Shown here: one piece after another, positions 49,047-59,104 of the stretch
Layout of the letters: each line of letters begins with the position of its first letter
Position numbering within the stretch: position 1 is the first letter of the stretch
NCBI GenBank assembly: GCA_965261595.1
Contig: CBDHDG010000006.1
Location: forward strand, 608,001 to 672,000
From: a bacterium
GTDB taxonomy: Bacteria > UBA8248 > JACPRG01 > G963555815
DNA: 64,000 nucleotides
Reading direction: 5' to 3'
Program-made: the position numbers and the translations under genes
Notes under the pieces: generated by a model
The model's database searches: none
Told to the model about the DNA's origin: nothing
What the model saw: the letters and a program-made list of their open reading frames with translations, nothing else

Positions 49047-49185
49047 AGGAAAGGCGGGCCGCCGAGAGAGAACGACGGGCTTCGGGCGGGCCGGAATGCG
49101 TTTTCATTCATCTCAACAGTTCATACACGCGGGGCGATTGGGAAGAGTGGTTTTATTATCTGGTTGATGAGGGGAGGGGTGCGGC

Positions 49186-50214
49186 GTGAGGTTGACTTGG
49201 TTGCGATCCTTATGGGTCCTTCTCGGAGCGGTGGCCGGATATGCCCTCGGCGCGGTTTCCTCGGGCAGCGTCTTTGCGGCCGGGATCGGGGCGGTGACGG
49301 GCGTCGCCATCTCCGGCCTGGTGGTGGTGGCCGATTGGTGGTTGTCGGGTTATTCGCCGCGCAGCGTCGGCGGCGGGTTCCTGGGGATCCTGTTCGGACT
49401 CCTTTCCGCGAAGCTGCTGGAGGCCCCGGTGCTGGCGCTGCCCCTCAACTCGCCCGTCGTCCTGTCGACCCTGGTCCTGGCCCTGTACGTGGGGGGCGGG
49501 TGCCTGGGCCTGTTGGTCGGGCTGCGCAAAGGGGAGGGGTTCACCCTGTACACGGAGGGAACCCGCGCCGAGCACGAGGGACAGGCGCGGCGTCCGGAAA
49601 CCGTGAAGATCCTGGACACCAGCGTCATCATCGACGGCCGAATCGCCGACATCAGCGAGACCGGTTTTGTCGAAGGGACCATCATCGTCCCCCAGTTCAT
49701 TCTCAAGGAGCTTCAACACATCGCCGACTCCTCGGATTCCCTGAAACGAAACCGGGGCCGGAGGGGGTTGGACATCCTTCAGAAGATCCAAAAGGACCCC
49801 AACCTGCGCGTCCAAGTGGTGAATCAGGATTTCCCCCACATCCGTGAGGTGGACGCCAAACTGGTGGCCCTGGGCAAAGAGCTGGATGCCAAGCTCGTCA
49901 CCAACGACTTCAACCTCAACAAAGTGGCCGAGCTCCAGGGGGTCCCCGTTCTCAACATCAACGACCTGGCCAACGCCGTGAAACCCGTCGTCCTGCCCGG
50001 CGAGGCCATGACCGTCTTCGTCCTGAAAGAGGGCAAAGAGTACGGCCAGGGCGTGGCGTACCTGGACGACGGCACCATGGTGGTCGTGGACAACGCCCGG
50101 AAGAATATCGGCCGCAACGCCGATGTCGTCGTCACCAGCGTTCTGCAAACCACCGCGGGCCGGATGATCTTCACCCGGCTCAAAGAAAACGTGGAGCGGA
50201 TGACCGCCTCCTGA
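49186..50214 (+). CDS. Membrane PIN/TRAM domain protein (YacL-like)
   Basis: Four TMs, ILDTSVIIDGRI, TNDFNLNKVA, GVAYLDDGTMVVV. Confidence 0.93.
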   Translation: MRLTWLRSLWVLLGAVAGYALGAVSSGSVFAAGIGAVTGVAISGLVVVADWWLSGYSPRSVGGGFLGILFGLLSAKLLEAPVLALPLNSPVVLSTLVLALYVGGGCLGLLVGLRKGEGFTLYTEGTRAEHEGQARRPETVKILDTSVIIDGRIADISETGFVEGTIIVPQFILKELQHIADSSDSLKRNRGRRGLDILQKIQKDPNLRVQVVNQDFPHIREVDAKLVALGKELDAKLVTNDFNLNKVAELQGVPVLNINDLANAVKPVVLPGEAMTVFVLKEGKEYGQGVAYLDDGTMVVVDNARKNIGRNADVVVTSVLQTTAGRMIFTRLKENVERMTAS

Positions 50215-51038
50215 TGGCCGCGTCCCGCCCTCCCCCTCCCGGACCACCCGGAAACGGGGGGGCCGTCAAAGCCGCCGCCATCATCCCCGCCGCGGGCGCG
50301 GGAACCCGATTCGGCGTCCACGGGAACAAGGCATCCAAGCAATTTCGCGACCTGGGCGGGTTGCCCTTGCTCGTTCACGTCCTGCGGGCCTTCGAGCGCT
50401 CGATCGTTCAGGCGGTCTACATCGCCGCGCCCCCCGGACGCGCGGTCTGGGTGCGGCGGGAAATGGTCCAACGCCACCGGATCCGGAAGGTCCGGGCCGT
50501 CTGGGCCGGCGGGGCGAGCCGCGGAGAATCGGTCCGCCGGTGCGTGGACCGGATCCCCGCCGCCTACAACGTCCTCGTGGTTCACGACGGGGTGCGTCCA
50601 CTCGTGACGCCCGCGCTGATCGACAGCGTCACGGCCGCCGCCTTCGAGCATGGCGCGGCCCTGGCGGCCGTCCCCGAAACCGATACGGTCAAATCCGTCC
50701 GGAAGTCCGGGACCCGAGAGCCGGGGGAAGAGGGGGGAGGGGAATGGGTCCGAAGGACCGAGCGGCGGGAAACCCTGTGGCGCGCCCAGACGCCCCAGGC
50801 GTTCCGTGCGGAGGTCTTTCGTGACGCCCTGCGCCGCGCCGCCGAGACCGGATTCGACGGGACCGACGACGCGTCGTTCGTCGAAGAAGCCGGAGGGCGC
50901 GTCCGGATTGTCCCGGGGGATGCACGCAACGTGAAAGTGACGGACCCGACCGACTTGTTGCTGGCGGAGGCCCTATGGCTCGACGCAACCGGGGGACGCC
51001 GCGCCGGGAAGGGGCGGCCTGGAGGCGGGCCGTCTTGA
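50214..51038 (+). CDS. ispD: MEP cytidylyltransferase
   Basis: PAAGAGTR, KQF, VHDGVRP, AQTPQAF, TDDAS, NVKVT. Confidence 0.95.
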   Translation: MAASRPPPPGPPGNGGAVKAAAIIPAAGAGTRFGVHGNKASKQFRDLGGLPLLVHVLRAFERSIVQAVYIAAPPGRAVWVRREMVQRHRIRKVRAVWAGGASRGESVRRCVDRIPAAYNVLVVHDGVRPLVTPALIDSVTAAAFEHGAALAAVPETDTVKSVRKSGTREPGEEGGGEWVRRTERRETLWRAQTPQAFRAEVFRDALRRAAETGFDGTDDASFVEEAGGRVRIVPGDARNVKVTDPTDLLLAEALWLDATGGRRAGKGRPGGGPS

Positions 51039-51520
51039 TTCGGGTCGGGGTGGGATACGATGTCCACGCAACGGCCCTGGGCCGCAAGCTCGTCCTGTGC
51101 GGCGTGGAGATCCGTCACGAGCGAGGCCTGGCGGGCCACAGCGACGCCGACGTCGCCCTCCACGCCCTGTGCGACGCCCTGCTCGGGGCCGCCGCCCTGG
51201 GAGACATCGGCGGGCACTTCCCGGACACGGACCCGGCGTACAAGGACGTTTCGAGCCTCGTCCTTCTCGAACGCGTCCGGGCCGTCCTGGAAGAGAAGGG
51301 CTTTCAGCCCCTCAACGTGGACTTGACGGTCGTGGCCCAGGAACCCAAGTTGGCCCCTTATGTCCCGGAGATGAGAAAGCGGATCGCCGCATGCCTGAAA
51401 CTTCCCCCGGATGGCGTCAGCGTGAAGGCCACGACGACCGAACGCCTCGGATTCACCGGTCGGGAAGAGGGAATCGCCGCACACGCCGTTTGCACGATTC
51501 ATTCGCCGCCCAACGCCTGA
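51035..51520 (+). CDS. ispF: MECDP synthase
   Basis: GYDVH, GHSDADV, DIGGHFPD, KATTTERLGFTGR; TTG start. Confidence 0.96.
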   Translation: MIRVGVGYDVHATALGRKLVLCGVEIRHERGLAGHSDADVALHALCDALLGAAALGDIGGHFPDTDPAYKDVSSLVLLERVRAVLEEKGFQPLNVDLTVVAQEPKLAPYVPEMRKRIAACLKLPPDGVSVKATTTERLGFTGREEGIAAHAVCTIHSPPNA

Positions 51521-51542
51521 TTCACCGGCTTTAGAAAGCTCC

Positions 51543-53030
51543 ATGACCCTTCGCCTCTTCAACACCCTGTCGCGCACCCTCGAGACCTTCGAGCCGCTGA
51601 CTCCGAACCGGGCCGGGATCTACATCTGCGGCGTGACGGTGTACGACGACGTTCACCTGGGCCACGCCCGGGCCGCCCTGTCTTTCGAGATCATCCGGCG
51701 CTACCTCCGGCTCACAGGCTATGAAGTCACCTACGTACGGAACTTCACCGATGTGGATGACAAGATCATCGCGCGCGCCCAGGAGGAGGGAGTCTCCTCC
51801 GAGGAGATCGCCGAGCGGTATATCCGGGCCTTCTCGGAGGACATGGGACGGTTGGGCGTTCCGACCGCGGACGTCGAGCCCCGGGCCACCGAGCACGTCC
51901 CCGCCATGGTGGAGATGATCGAGGGCCTCATCCAGAAAGGGTTCGCCTACGCCTCGGCGGGGGACGTTTACTTCGCGGTGAGGAAATTCGCCGATTACGG
52001 GAAACTCTCTCGCAAGAACCTGGACGACCTGGAGGCCGGCGCGCGGGTGGAGGTGAACGAGCAAAAGAGGGACCCGCTGGATTTCGCCCTCTGGAAAGCC
52101 GCCAAACCCGGTGAGCCGGACTGGGATTCGCCCTGGGGAAAGGGGCGTCCGGGGTGGCACATCGAATGCTCCGTCATGTCGCATCACATCCTCGGCGAGA
52201 CCTTCGACATCCACGGCGGCGGGGAAGACCTGATTTTCCCTCACCATGAGAACGAGCTGGCGCAATCCCGCGCTTACGCCGAGGGAGCGTCCGCCCGATA
52301 CTGGCTTCACAACGGCCTCGTCCGCGTTCAGCAGGAAAAGATGTCCAAGTCCACGGGCAATTTCTTCACCCTCAAGGCGATCCTCGAAAAGTTCCGCCCC
52401 GAGGTCGTGCGGTTTTTCCTGGCCGGCGCCCAGTACCGGAGCGCCCTGGAATATTCCGACGACGGCGTCGCGGCGGCCGGCCGCGGCCTCGACCGGCTTT
52501 ACAACGCCTGCCTTCGGGCGGAGGAGGCCCGCGCGGCCGAAGGGGCGAAGCCGGGGCCGGACGGCGGAGCAGACGAAACGCTGGAAGGGGCGATCCAAAC
52601 CTTCGAGTCGGATTTCACCGAAGGCATGGACAACGACATCAACACCCCCCAGGCCATCGGGGCCATGTTCACCCTGGCCCGCGAGATCCACGGCGCGCTG
52701 GATCGCGCCGCCTCCTCCGGAGCGGCCGCCCCGGCGGAATCGCTTCAAAAGGCCGTGCGCTCCTTGCGGGAACGGGCCGAGATCCTGACGTTCCTCACCC
52801 ATCCCCCCCGTCAGTGGTTCCAACAGGCGTACGCGCCCGAGGAGGCGGTCGACGCGGCCTCCGGATCCCCGGATGACGAAACCATCAAGCGCTTTATCCG
52901 CGAGCGCGAGGAAGCCCGCGCCCGAAAAGACTGGGCGGAGGCCGACCGCATCCGGGATGAGCTGAAGGCCCATGACATCATCCTGGAAGACAGCGCCGCC
53001 GGCACCGGCTGGAAGCGGGCTCAGGGGTGA
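51543..53030 (+). CDS. cysS: Cysteine-tRNA ligase
   Basis: CGVTVYD, HLGH, PGWHIECS, FPHHENE, KMSKS. Confidence 0.97.
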   Translation: MTLRLFNTLSRTLETFEPLTPNRAGIYICGVTVYDDVHLGHARAALSFEIIRRYLRLTGYEVTYVRNFTDVDDKIIARAQEEGVSSEEIAERYIRAFSEDMGRLGVPTADVEPRATEHVPAMVEMIEGLIQKGFAYASAGDVYFAVRKFADYGKLSRKNLDDLEAGARVEVNEQKRDPLDFALWKAAKPGEPDWDSPWGKGRPGWHIECSVMSHHILGETFDIHGGGEDLIFPHHENELAQSRAYAEGASARYWLHNGLVRVQQEKMSKSTGNFFTLKAILEKFRPEVVRFFLAGAQYRSALEYSDDGVAAAGRGLDRLYNACLRAEEARAAEGAKPGPDGGADETLEGAIQTFESDFTEGMDNDINTPQAIGAMFTLAREIHGALDRAASSGAAAPAESLQKAVRSLRERAEILTFLTHPPRQWFQQAYAPEEAVDAASGSPDDETIKRFIREREEARARKDWAEADRIRDELKAHDIILEDSAAGTGWKRAQG

Positions 53031-53878
53031 GCCCGAAACGCATTCGGACCTTGGCCCGGGGGCGGGGGGAAGAGAGACCCCGGACGCTCTATGGTCTCCG
53101 GCCGGTCCGGGACGCGCTGCGGGCGGGCCGCCGGACGATTGAAGAAGTCTGGGTTCTCTCCGGCCGCGGGGACCCCGCTTTGGCCGAGGTTGTGGAAGCG
53201 GCCGAGCGGGCGGGCGCGCCGCTCTCGCGGGCGGACCGCGGCCGGCTGACCGAGCTGGCTGGAAGCCCGGACCACCAAGGCGCCGTCCTCCGCGCGGGGC
53301 CGCTCCCCCTTCTTCCGCTGGAAACGGTGGCGGGGGAATCACCCCCGGGGGGAAACAGGGGGGACGGACGGACGGACGTCTCAACGCAGACCCTCCTGGT
53401 TCTGGACGGCATCGTGGACCCCAGAAATTTCGGCGCGCTTTGCCGCTCCGCCCTGGCGCTGGGTTGCCGGGGCGTTGTGTTTCCCAAGGACCGATCGGCC
53501 GGTCCGACGCCCGCGGCGGCCAAGGCGGCGGCCGGGGCGTTGGAGTTTCTTCCGCTGGCGCGCGTCACGAATCTGGCGCGCGCGCTGGAATCGCTCAAGG
53601 AATGGGGCTGGTGGATCGTCGGCTTGGCCAAGGAGGGAGAGCAATCGCCCGGGGAAATCCGGTTCGACGCCCCGGCGGCCCTCGTCGTCGGCGGCGAGGG
53701 AAGCGGACTGAGGCGGCTGGTGCGAGAGCGGTGCGATCACCTCATGCGGATTGAGACGAATCCGGACTTTCCGACGCTGAACGCCTCGGTGGCGGGGGCG
53801 GTCGCCCTCTATGAAATTCAGAGGAAACGAAGAGCCGTGAGAGAAGGGGGGGGGGGGGGAGGCCGAGAGCCTTCCTGA
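53027..53878 (+). CDS. rlmB: 23S rRNA Gm2251 methyltransferase (TrmH family)
   Basis: HQG, LDGIVDPRNFGA, GGEGSGLR, LNASVA; follows cysS. Confidence 0.9.
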   Translation: MSPKRIRTLARGRGEERPRTLYGLRPVRDALRAGRRTIEEVWVLSGRGDPALAEVVEAAERAGAPLSRADRGRLTELAGSPDHQGAVLRAGPLPLLPLETVAGESPPGGNRGDGRTDVSTQTLLVLDGIVDPRNFGALCRSALALGCRGVVFPKDRSAGPTPAAAKAAAGALEFLPLARVTNLARALESLKEWGWWIVGLAKEGEQSPGEIRFDAPAALVVGGEGSGLRRLVRERCDHLMRIETNPDFPTLNASVAGAVALYEIQRKRRAVREGGGGGGREPS

Positions 53879-53884
53879 CAGGCC

Positions 53885-54667
53885 TTACTCCATGTGCCAG
53901 CCATGGCTCGCGATGACGGATTGGCCGGTCAGGGCGCCTGACGGAAAACTCGCCAGAAAGACGGCTATGGCCGCGATATCCGCTGTGGTCGTGAACTCCC
54001 CATCCACCGTGTGCTTGAGCATCACGTCACGGACGACTTCCTCCTCGCCAATACCCATCTCGTCCGCCAACTCGGGGATTTGCCTCTCCACCAAGGGGGT
54101 GCGCACAAAGCCCGGGCAGATGACGTTCGCCCGCACACCGCGCCCGGCCCCCTCCCTGGCCACCGTCCTGCAAAGCCCGAGCAAGCCGTGCTTTGCGGTG
54201 ACATACGGGGCCTTCAGGGGCGAAGCATCCTTCGAGTGCACGGAGCCCATATAGATCACCGCCCCGCCGCGCCCCGATTCGTACATGGGACGAAGGGCCG
54301 CCCGCGTGGTCAGAAACGCGCCGTCCAAGTGGACCGCGATGATCCTCCGCCAGTTGTCGAAAGAAAGCTCGACGACGGAATCGAGATGCTGGACGCCCGC
54401 GTTGCTGACCAGCACATCGAGCCCCCCATAAGCCCGGACAACCGAGTCGATCCCCGCATCGACGGCTTTTTCCTCGGTCACGTCCATCGCCACCGCCATG
54501 GCCGCGCCGCCGGTCCGCTCGATTTCAGCGGCCGCGGCCTCCACCCCTTCGAGGTTCACATCCGCGACGGCGACCTTTGCGCCCTCACGCGCGAAGGCGA
54601 GCGCGATTTCCCTGCCGAGACCGCTGGCGGCGCCCGTCACGACGGCGACTTGATCTTTCATCCGCAT
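53885..54667 (-). CDS. 3-hydroxybutyrate dehydrogenase (SDR)
   Basis: TGAASGLG, NAGVQH, SVHS, YVTAKHG, VRTPLV.RQI. Confidence 0.88.
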   Translation of the reverse strand: MRMKDQVAVVTGAASGLGREIALAFAREGAKVAVADVNLEGVEAAAAEIERTGGAAMAVAMDVTEEKAVDAGIDSVVRAYGGLDVLVSNAGVQHLDSVVELSFDNWRRIIAVHLDGAFLTTRAALRPMYESGRGGAVIYMGSVHSKDASPLKAPYVTAKHGLLGLCRTVAREGAGRGVRANVICPGFVRTPLVERQIPELADEMGIGEEEVVRDVMLKHTVDGEFTTTADIAAIAVFLASFPSGALTGQSVIASHGWHME

Positions 54668-54852
54668 GTTCGAGCCTCCCGGCCACCGGCGCTTCCGGTG
54701 AACGTGGATGGGTCGGGGGGGGGGAGAGGGGGGGGGGTGAAGCGGCGTCCCGCAAGGGCAATGTCGAAGCCCTCAGCCCGGGCCGCGCCTCTGAAGGGAA
54801 TCCTCCATTGGAGGCCAACCTGGATATCTCAAAATTCAATCGTGTCCTAATT

Positions 54853-56639
54853 TTAAAGCTTGGACGGTGATTTTTTCTGTTTGGCTAACGGCGGGCCTGG
54901 TCCGTCATGCCTGATGGCGTGGATTATTATTTGGATAATCTTCAGCCTTTGTAATCGACAGTATCCGTTGAACCGCCGAGAAATAGGGAGCTCTATCCGC
55001 TAGGAATGTTCCCAAGACATCATCCGGGACAACCAGAATGCCAACATCGATTTCTCCATGCATAATGTCATCTCTCAGATGGATCAAATCCACGATGACC
55101 AAATCGCTCCTTCCGGAAACCTGAATTTCAACCCCGATGGACTTACCCCGGTTTCGTGGAGAGTTAAGCACTTGGGTTTTCAGGGTGTGCGTTGTTGTCT
55201 CCTTTCGTAGTTAACGGGTGACAGGTTGTCGATGGAGGAGTGCCGACGATGCGGGTTGTAGAAGCCCTCGATGAACCCGAACACCTCCATGCGCGCCTCG
55301 GCCCGGGTGCGGAAACTGTGGCGAGCGAGGAGCTCGCACTCCAGCGTGGCGAAAAAACTCTCACACAGCGCGTTGTCGTAGCAGTCCCCGACCGAACCCA
55401 TGGAGGGACGCACGCCCGCCTGCCGGCAGCGCTGCCCAAAGGCGACCGAGGTGTACTGCGTGCCCTGGTCGGAGTGGTGGATGACGGCCCGGGGACGGCG
55501 CTTATACAGCGCCATGTCGAGCGCGTCGAGCACCAACTCGGCCCGCAGGTGTGTGGCCATCGACCACCCCACGATGCGCCGGCTGAACGCATCGAGCGCC
55601 ACGGCCAGATACAAAAACCCCGCCCATGTCGGAACGTAGGTGATGTCGGCCACCCACAGCCGGTCGGGGGCCTCGGCCGTGAAGTTGCGGTCCACCAGAT
55701 CAGGGGCCGGCCGCGCCTCCTGCCGGCGCTGCGTCGTGCGCGCTCCCTTGCGCCGACTGACGCCCGCAAGTCCCGCCCCACGCATCAGCCTGGCGACGCG
55801 CTTGCGGCCCACACGCACTCCCTCAGCCTCCAACTCGGCATGGACGCGCGGCACGCCGTAAGTCCCCCGAGAACGCTCGTGGATCGCCTGAATGCGTTTG
55901 GTGAGCGCCCGATCGGCACACGAGCGGGCACACGGCGCGCGCCTGCGCCACGCGTAGTAGCCGCTGGAGGAGACGCCCAGCACCCGGCACATGGTGGCGG
56001 TCCGATACATGGCCTGGTTCGCCCTCACGAACCCGTAGATCCGGACGGGATCGAATCGGTATCCCGAGCAAACCAGGCCGCGGCTTTTGCTAAGATCTCC
56101 CGCTCCTGGCGGAGCTGTCGGTTCTCGCGGCGAAGTCGGCGCAACTCCTCCCGCTCATCGCTCGTGAGCCCGTCTTTGCGACGCCCCTCGTCAACGTCGG
56201 CTTGATGGGCCCAGGTGCGGATCGTCTGCGCCGAGGGCTCGAACTCGTGCGCCAGCGCCTCGGGCGTGCGTCCCGCCCGGACCAACTCTACCATCTGGCA
56301 GCGGAACTCCATTGGATAGCGTGGGTGAGTCTGTGGCATCGTGAACACCTCCTTTACCCCCAAATCATCAGGTGTCCACCAAACCGGGTCAACTCCACAT
56401 TTGGTCCAATCCACCCCTCCGGTTTGCTTCTTAGTCCAGCCTTCATCTGGTGAAGAGTTGAACCGGGCATCTATCAGCTCCCTGACCACTTTTCCGCTAT
56501 TGGCGTTTTTGGATTCCTCAACACGTAATGAAAAACCTGTGATTATTTCACGCAATTCCTCGTAAAGTGGCTGCAAACCAAGCCGCTTTAGTTTCTCGGT
56601 GGCCCCACCGAAACTCTGGAATTCGGTGATTTCAGGCAT
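54853..56639 (-). pseudogene. Type II restriction endonuclease (BamHI/BglII-like), split by IS3 and frameshifted near 54930
   Basis: N-half 56398-56639 (...TGGVDWTK); C-half GVEIQVSGRSD...GEIDVGILVVP...FLADRAPYF; lies downstream of the MTase. Confidence 0.75.
55138..56397 (-). mobile_element. IS3-family element, copy 2 (intact, 1260 bp)
   Basis: TG...CA IRs; orfA 56025-56339, orfB 55180-56028. Confidence 0.95.
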
Positions 56640-56643
56640 TGCT

Positions 56644-58397
56644 CTATCGGAAGATTGAAAGAAGTTTTTTGGCGGGTTCTTGACCGATTTGGTCTGGGAA
56701 ATGCCCTTGTAGCCGTTCAAGAATGGGGGTGCACTCATTAATTTCAGATCCCACCCAATATCGCTGTTGCTCTTGGGCCGATTGGTATGTGGAGCCGCCA
56801 CCACCAAATGGGTCCAACACAATTTCTCTTGGATTTGTGGAGATCTGAATACACCGTGTGGGGATCATGGGCTTGAGCTCATTGATATGCCAACGGGCTT
56901 TAAACTTGCCGTGTCTCGCTGGTGAGGTATCTTCCCAAAAGTCAGTTAAATTTAACCCTTCCGGGTTCAGATATTTCCGGTGCCCACCGTAATCCTTTTG
57001 ATCTCCCCCACAATGTCGACAGGTCGGAATCGGAACCCTCACCCGATTGAAGGTTTTCAAGTCGCCCTTTGTAAAATAAAGCAGGGCGTAGTGGGCGGGA
57101 TACAGCTTCTTTCCCCTGGGATATGTTCCTTTCATGGTAAGGGCTATCCAGTGGCGGAATACCATACCCTCATCTTCTAGGTGTCCAGCAAGCCGATATC
57201 CCCATTTAGGCAAAATATACACAAGGATTGCTCCTCCTGGCCTTAAAACCCGAACAGATTCATCAAGCCATCCGTAGCACCATTCCAAATAATCGTCTGC
57301 TTCTAGGTTGTCGCGGAAGTCTCCATTTCCATATTCTTTTTGGCGATTGTAAAAGATATGACACCGGATTAGGCTGGTGTCGTGGACCTGAAGAGCTTTG
57401 AAGTCCTTGTAAAATCGGAAGCTACAGCGAGACGCCATCTGCTCATGGCGTGTCAGAAAAACGGGCGTAAAATCTGCCCTCGTTGTGAGGGTCGAAAACG
57501 CTACGTTTTGGGCACGCGGGGGCGCTTTCGCTGCGCTGGGTGTCGGTACACCTTCGGGCCGTTCACGGGCCGCTGGCTGGGCCAACTTCGCCTCTCGGCC
57601 CGGCAGTGGCTTTGGGTGGTGAAGCTCTTTGAGCTGGAGGTCTCGGCCTGCAAGATGGCCCAGCAACTCGCCGTGAGCTATCCGACAGCGCTGCGGGCCG
57701 TGACGACGCTCAGGCGCAGTCTTGTGGCCGGCACGCCGGGGGGACAGGAGCTTCTTCGAGGGGAGGTGGAGGCGGACGAGGCCTACTTCGGGGGCAAGCG
57801 CAAGGGCAAGAGAGGCCGAGGCGCAGCGGGTAAAGTCCCTGTTTTCGGCATATTGGAGCGGGGCGGCCGGGTGAAGGTGGAGGCGGTCGGCAACGTCAAG
57901 GCCCAGACCCTTTTGGCCTCCACCGTGAAGTTGGTCCGTCGGGGCAGCGTGGTCTACACCGACCGCTACCGGGTCTATGACGCCCTGATGTTCTGCGGCT
58001 ATCGCCACTTGCGGGTGGATCATGATCGGCGCTTCAGTCGGGGCAAAGTGCACATCAACGGCCTGGAAGGCTTTTGGGCCTACGCCAAGGAGAGGCTCAT
58101 CAAACATCATGGGGTGTCCAAAGAGCGGTTCCCCCTCTACCTGAAGGAGATGGAATTCCGTTACAATCACCGACACCAGGATCTCTTTCCCCTGGTGGTC
58201 CAACATCTCACTCAATTGGTGTCAAAACCTTTATAATCCCCTTCTTTTTTCAGGTTAAACGGTGGATCGGCAAAAATGCAGTCAACTGAATCGTCTTTAA
58301 TCCAAGCGAACAAATCCATGCAGTCGGCATGGAACAGCATCCCAAAACGGGTTGTAAGAACCGGCTGGCCTGCACCCACGACGCTCTTGGGAGTCAC
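56644..58397 (-). pseudogene. N4/N6 DNA methyltransferase (beta class, M.BamHI-like), split by IS1595
   Basis: FADPPFNLKK|EYG rejoins in frame when the IS and one TSD copy are removed; VLDPFGGGGST. Confidence 0.9.
57342..58241 (+). mobile_element. IS1595-family element (900 bp), transposase 57382-58236
   Basis: Zn ribbon, VEADEAYFGG, VYTD, HINGLEGFW, YLKEMEFRYN; IRs GGCGATTGTAAA / GGGGATTATAAA; 8-bp TSD TTCTTTTT. Confidence 0.95.
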
Positions 58398-58582
58398 GCG
58401 ACATTTCCTCCATTGTCCACACATGCTCTGCGCGCCCCGCTTTCATCGCGGGGGTCAGCCTGAAGCTTCGGTGAACCCAACTGGAATTGTACCACGCGAA
58501 ATGGAGAGAAGAAGCCGCCTTCAGGTTTTTGATTTGACAGGATGAAAGAAGGTTTGCCTCTTCTCTTTGTAAAGAACCGGGG

Positions 58583-59104
58583 CTAAATCCTGAGGACGAA
58601 TGACGTGTAGACGACCGTCACCACCAGGAGGAAGAACACCACGCCGTACAGGCGGGTGGACAAACGATGGAGCCTCTGGAACCGCTCGCGGAGCCGGACC
58701 AGCTCCGCGGATCTTTCGGTGGACGCCCCCCTCCCCCCCGCCCCGCCCGGCTTGCCCTGGATTTCATGGACCCGGACCCGCGCCTCTCTGGCTTTCGGCA
58801 GAACCACCCAGCCCCCGTAGTAGTTGAGGCCCGCCATCGCCGCGACGAGGACAAACGGGATCCACCGCTTCGCCGGAGATAGCCCCCCCCAGGAAAGAAT
58901 CGCCAACGGGATGATCGACGCCAGGGCGATGAGGGCGCAAACCGCGCCGGTCTCGAAATAAACCGGCAGGGCGAGACCCACCACCCGGCCCGCCAGGTCG
59001 GGCATGCGTGTGAAGAGCGCCGCCGTCAGGATCAGCAGGAAAGCCGTGGCCCCCAGCCAGACGCCGATCGAGGTGTTGAAGCAAAACCGCAGAAAGGTTT
59101 TCAT
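58583..59104 (-). CDS. DUF4149-like membrane protein
   Basis: GVWLG, AGRVVG...PVYF, FQRLHRLS; four TMs. Confidence 0.75.
   Translation of the reverse strand: MKTFLRFCFNTSIGVWLGATAFLLILTAALFTRMPDLAGRVVGLALPVYFETGAVCALIALASIIPLAILSWGGLSPAKRWIPFVLVAAMAGLNYYGGWVVLPKAREARVRVHEIQGKPGGAGGRGASTERSAELVRLRERFQRLHRLSTRLYGVVFFLLVVTVVYTSFVLRI

Noticed and set aside
56025..56822. 265-aa nuclease-transposase fusion ORF
   Set aside because: Chance read-through from the endonuclease N-half into IS3 orfA across the IS end.
56644..58215. 523-aa ORF appearing as a novel N-terminally extended methyltransferase
   Set aside because: The extension is the antisense strand of the inserted IS1595 transposase.
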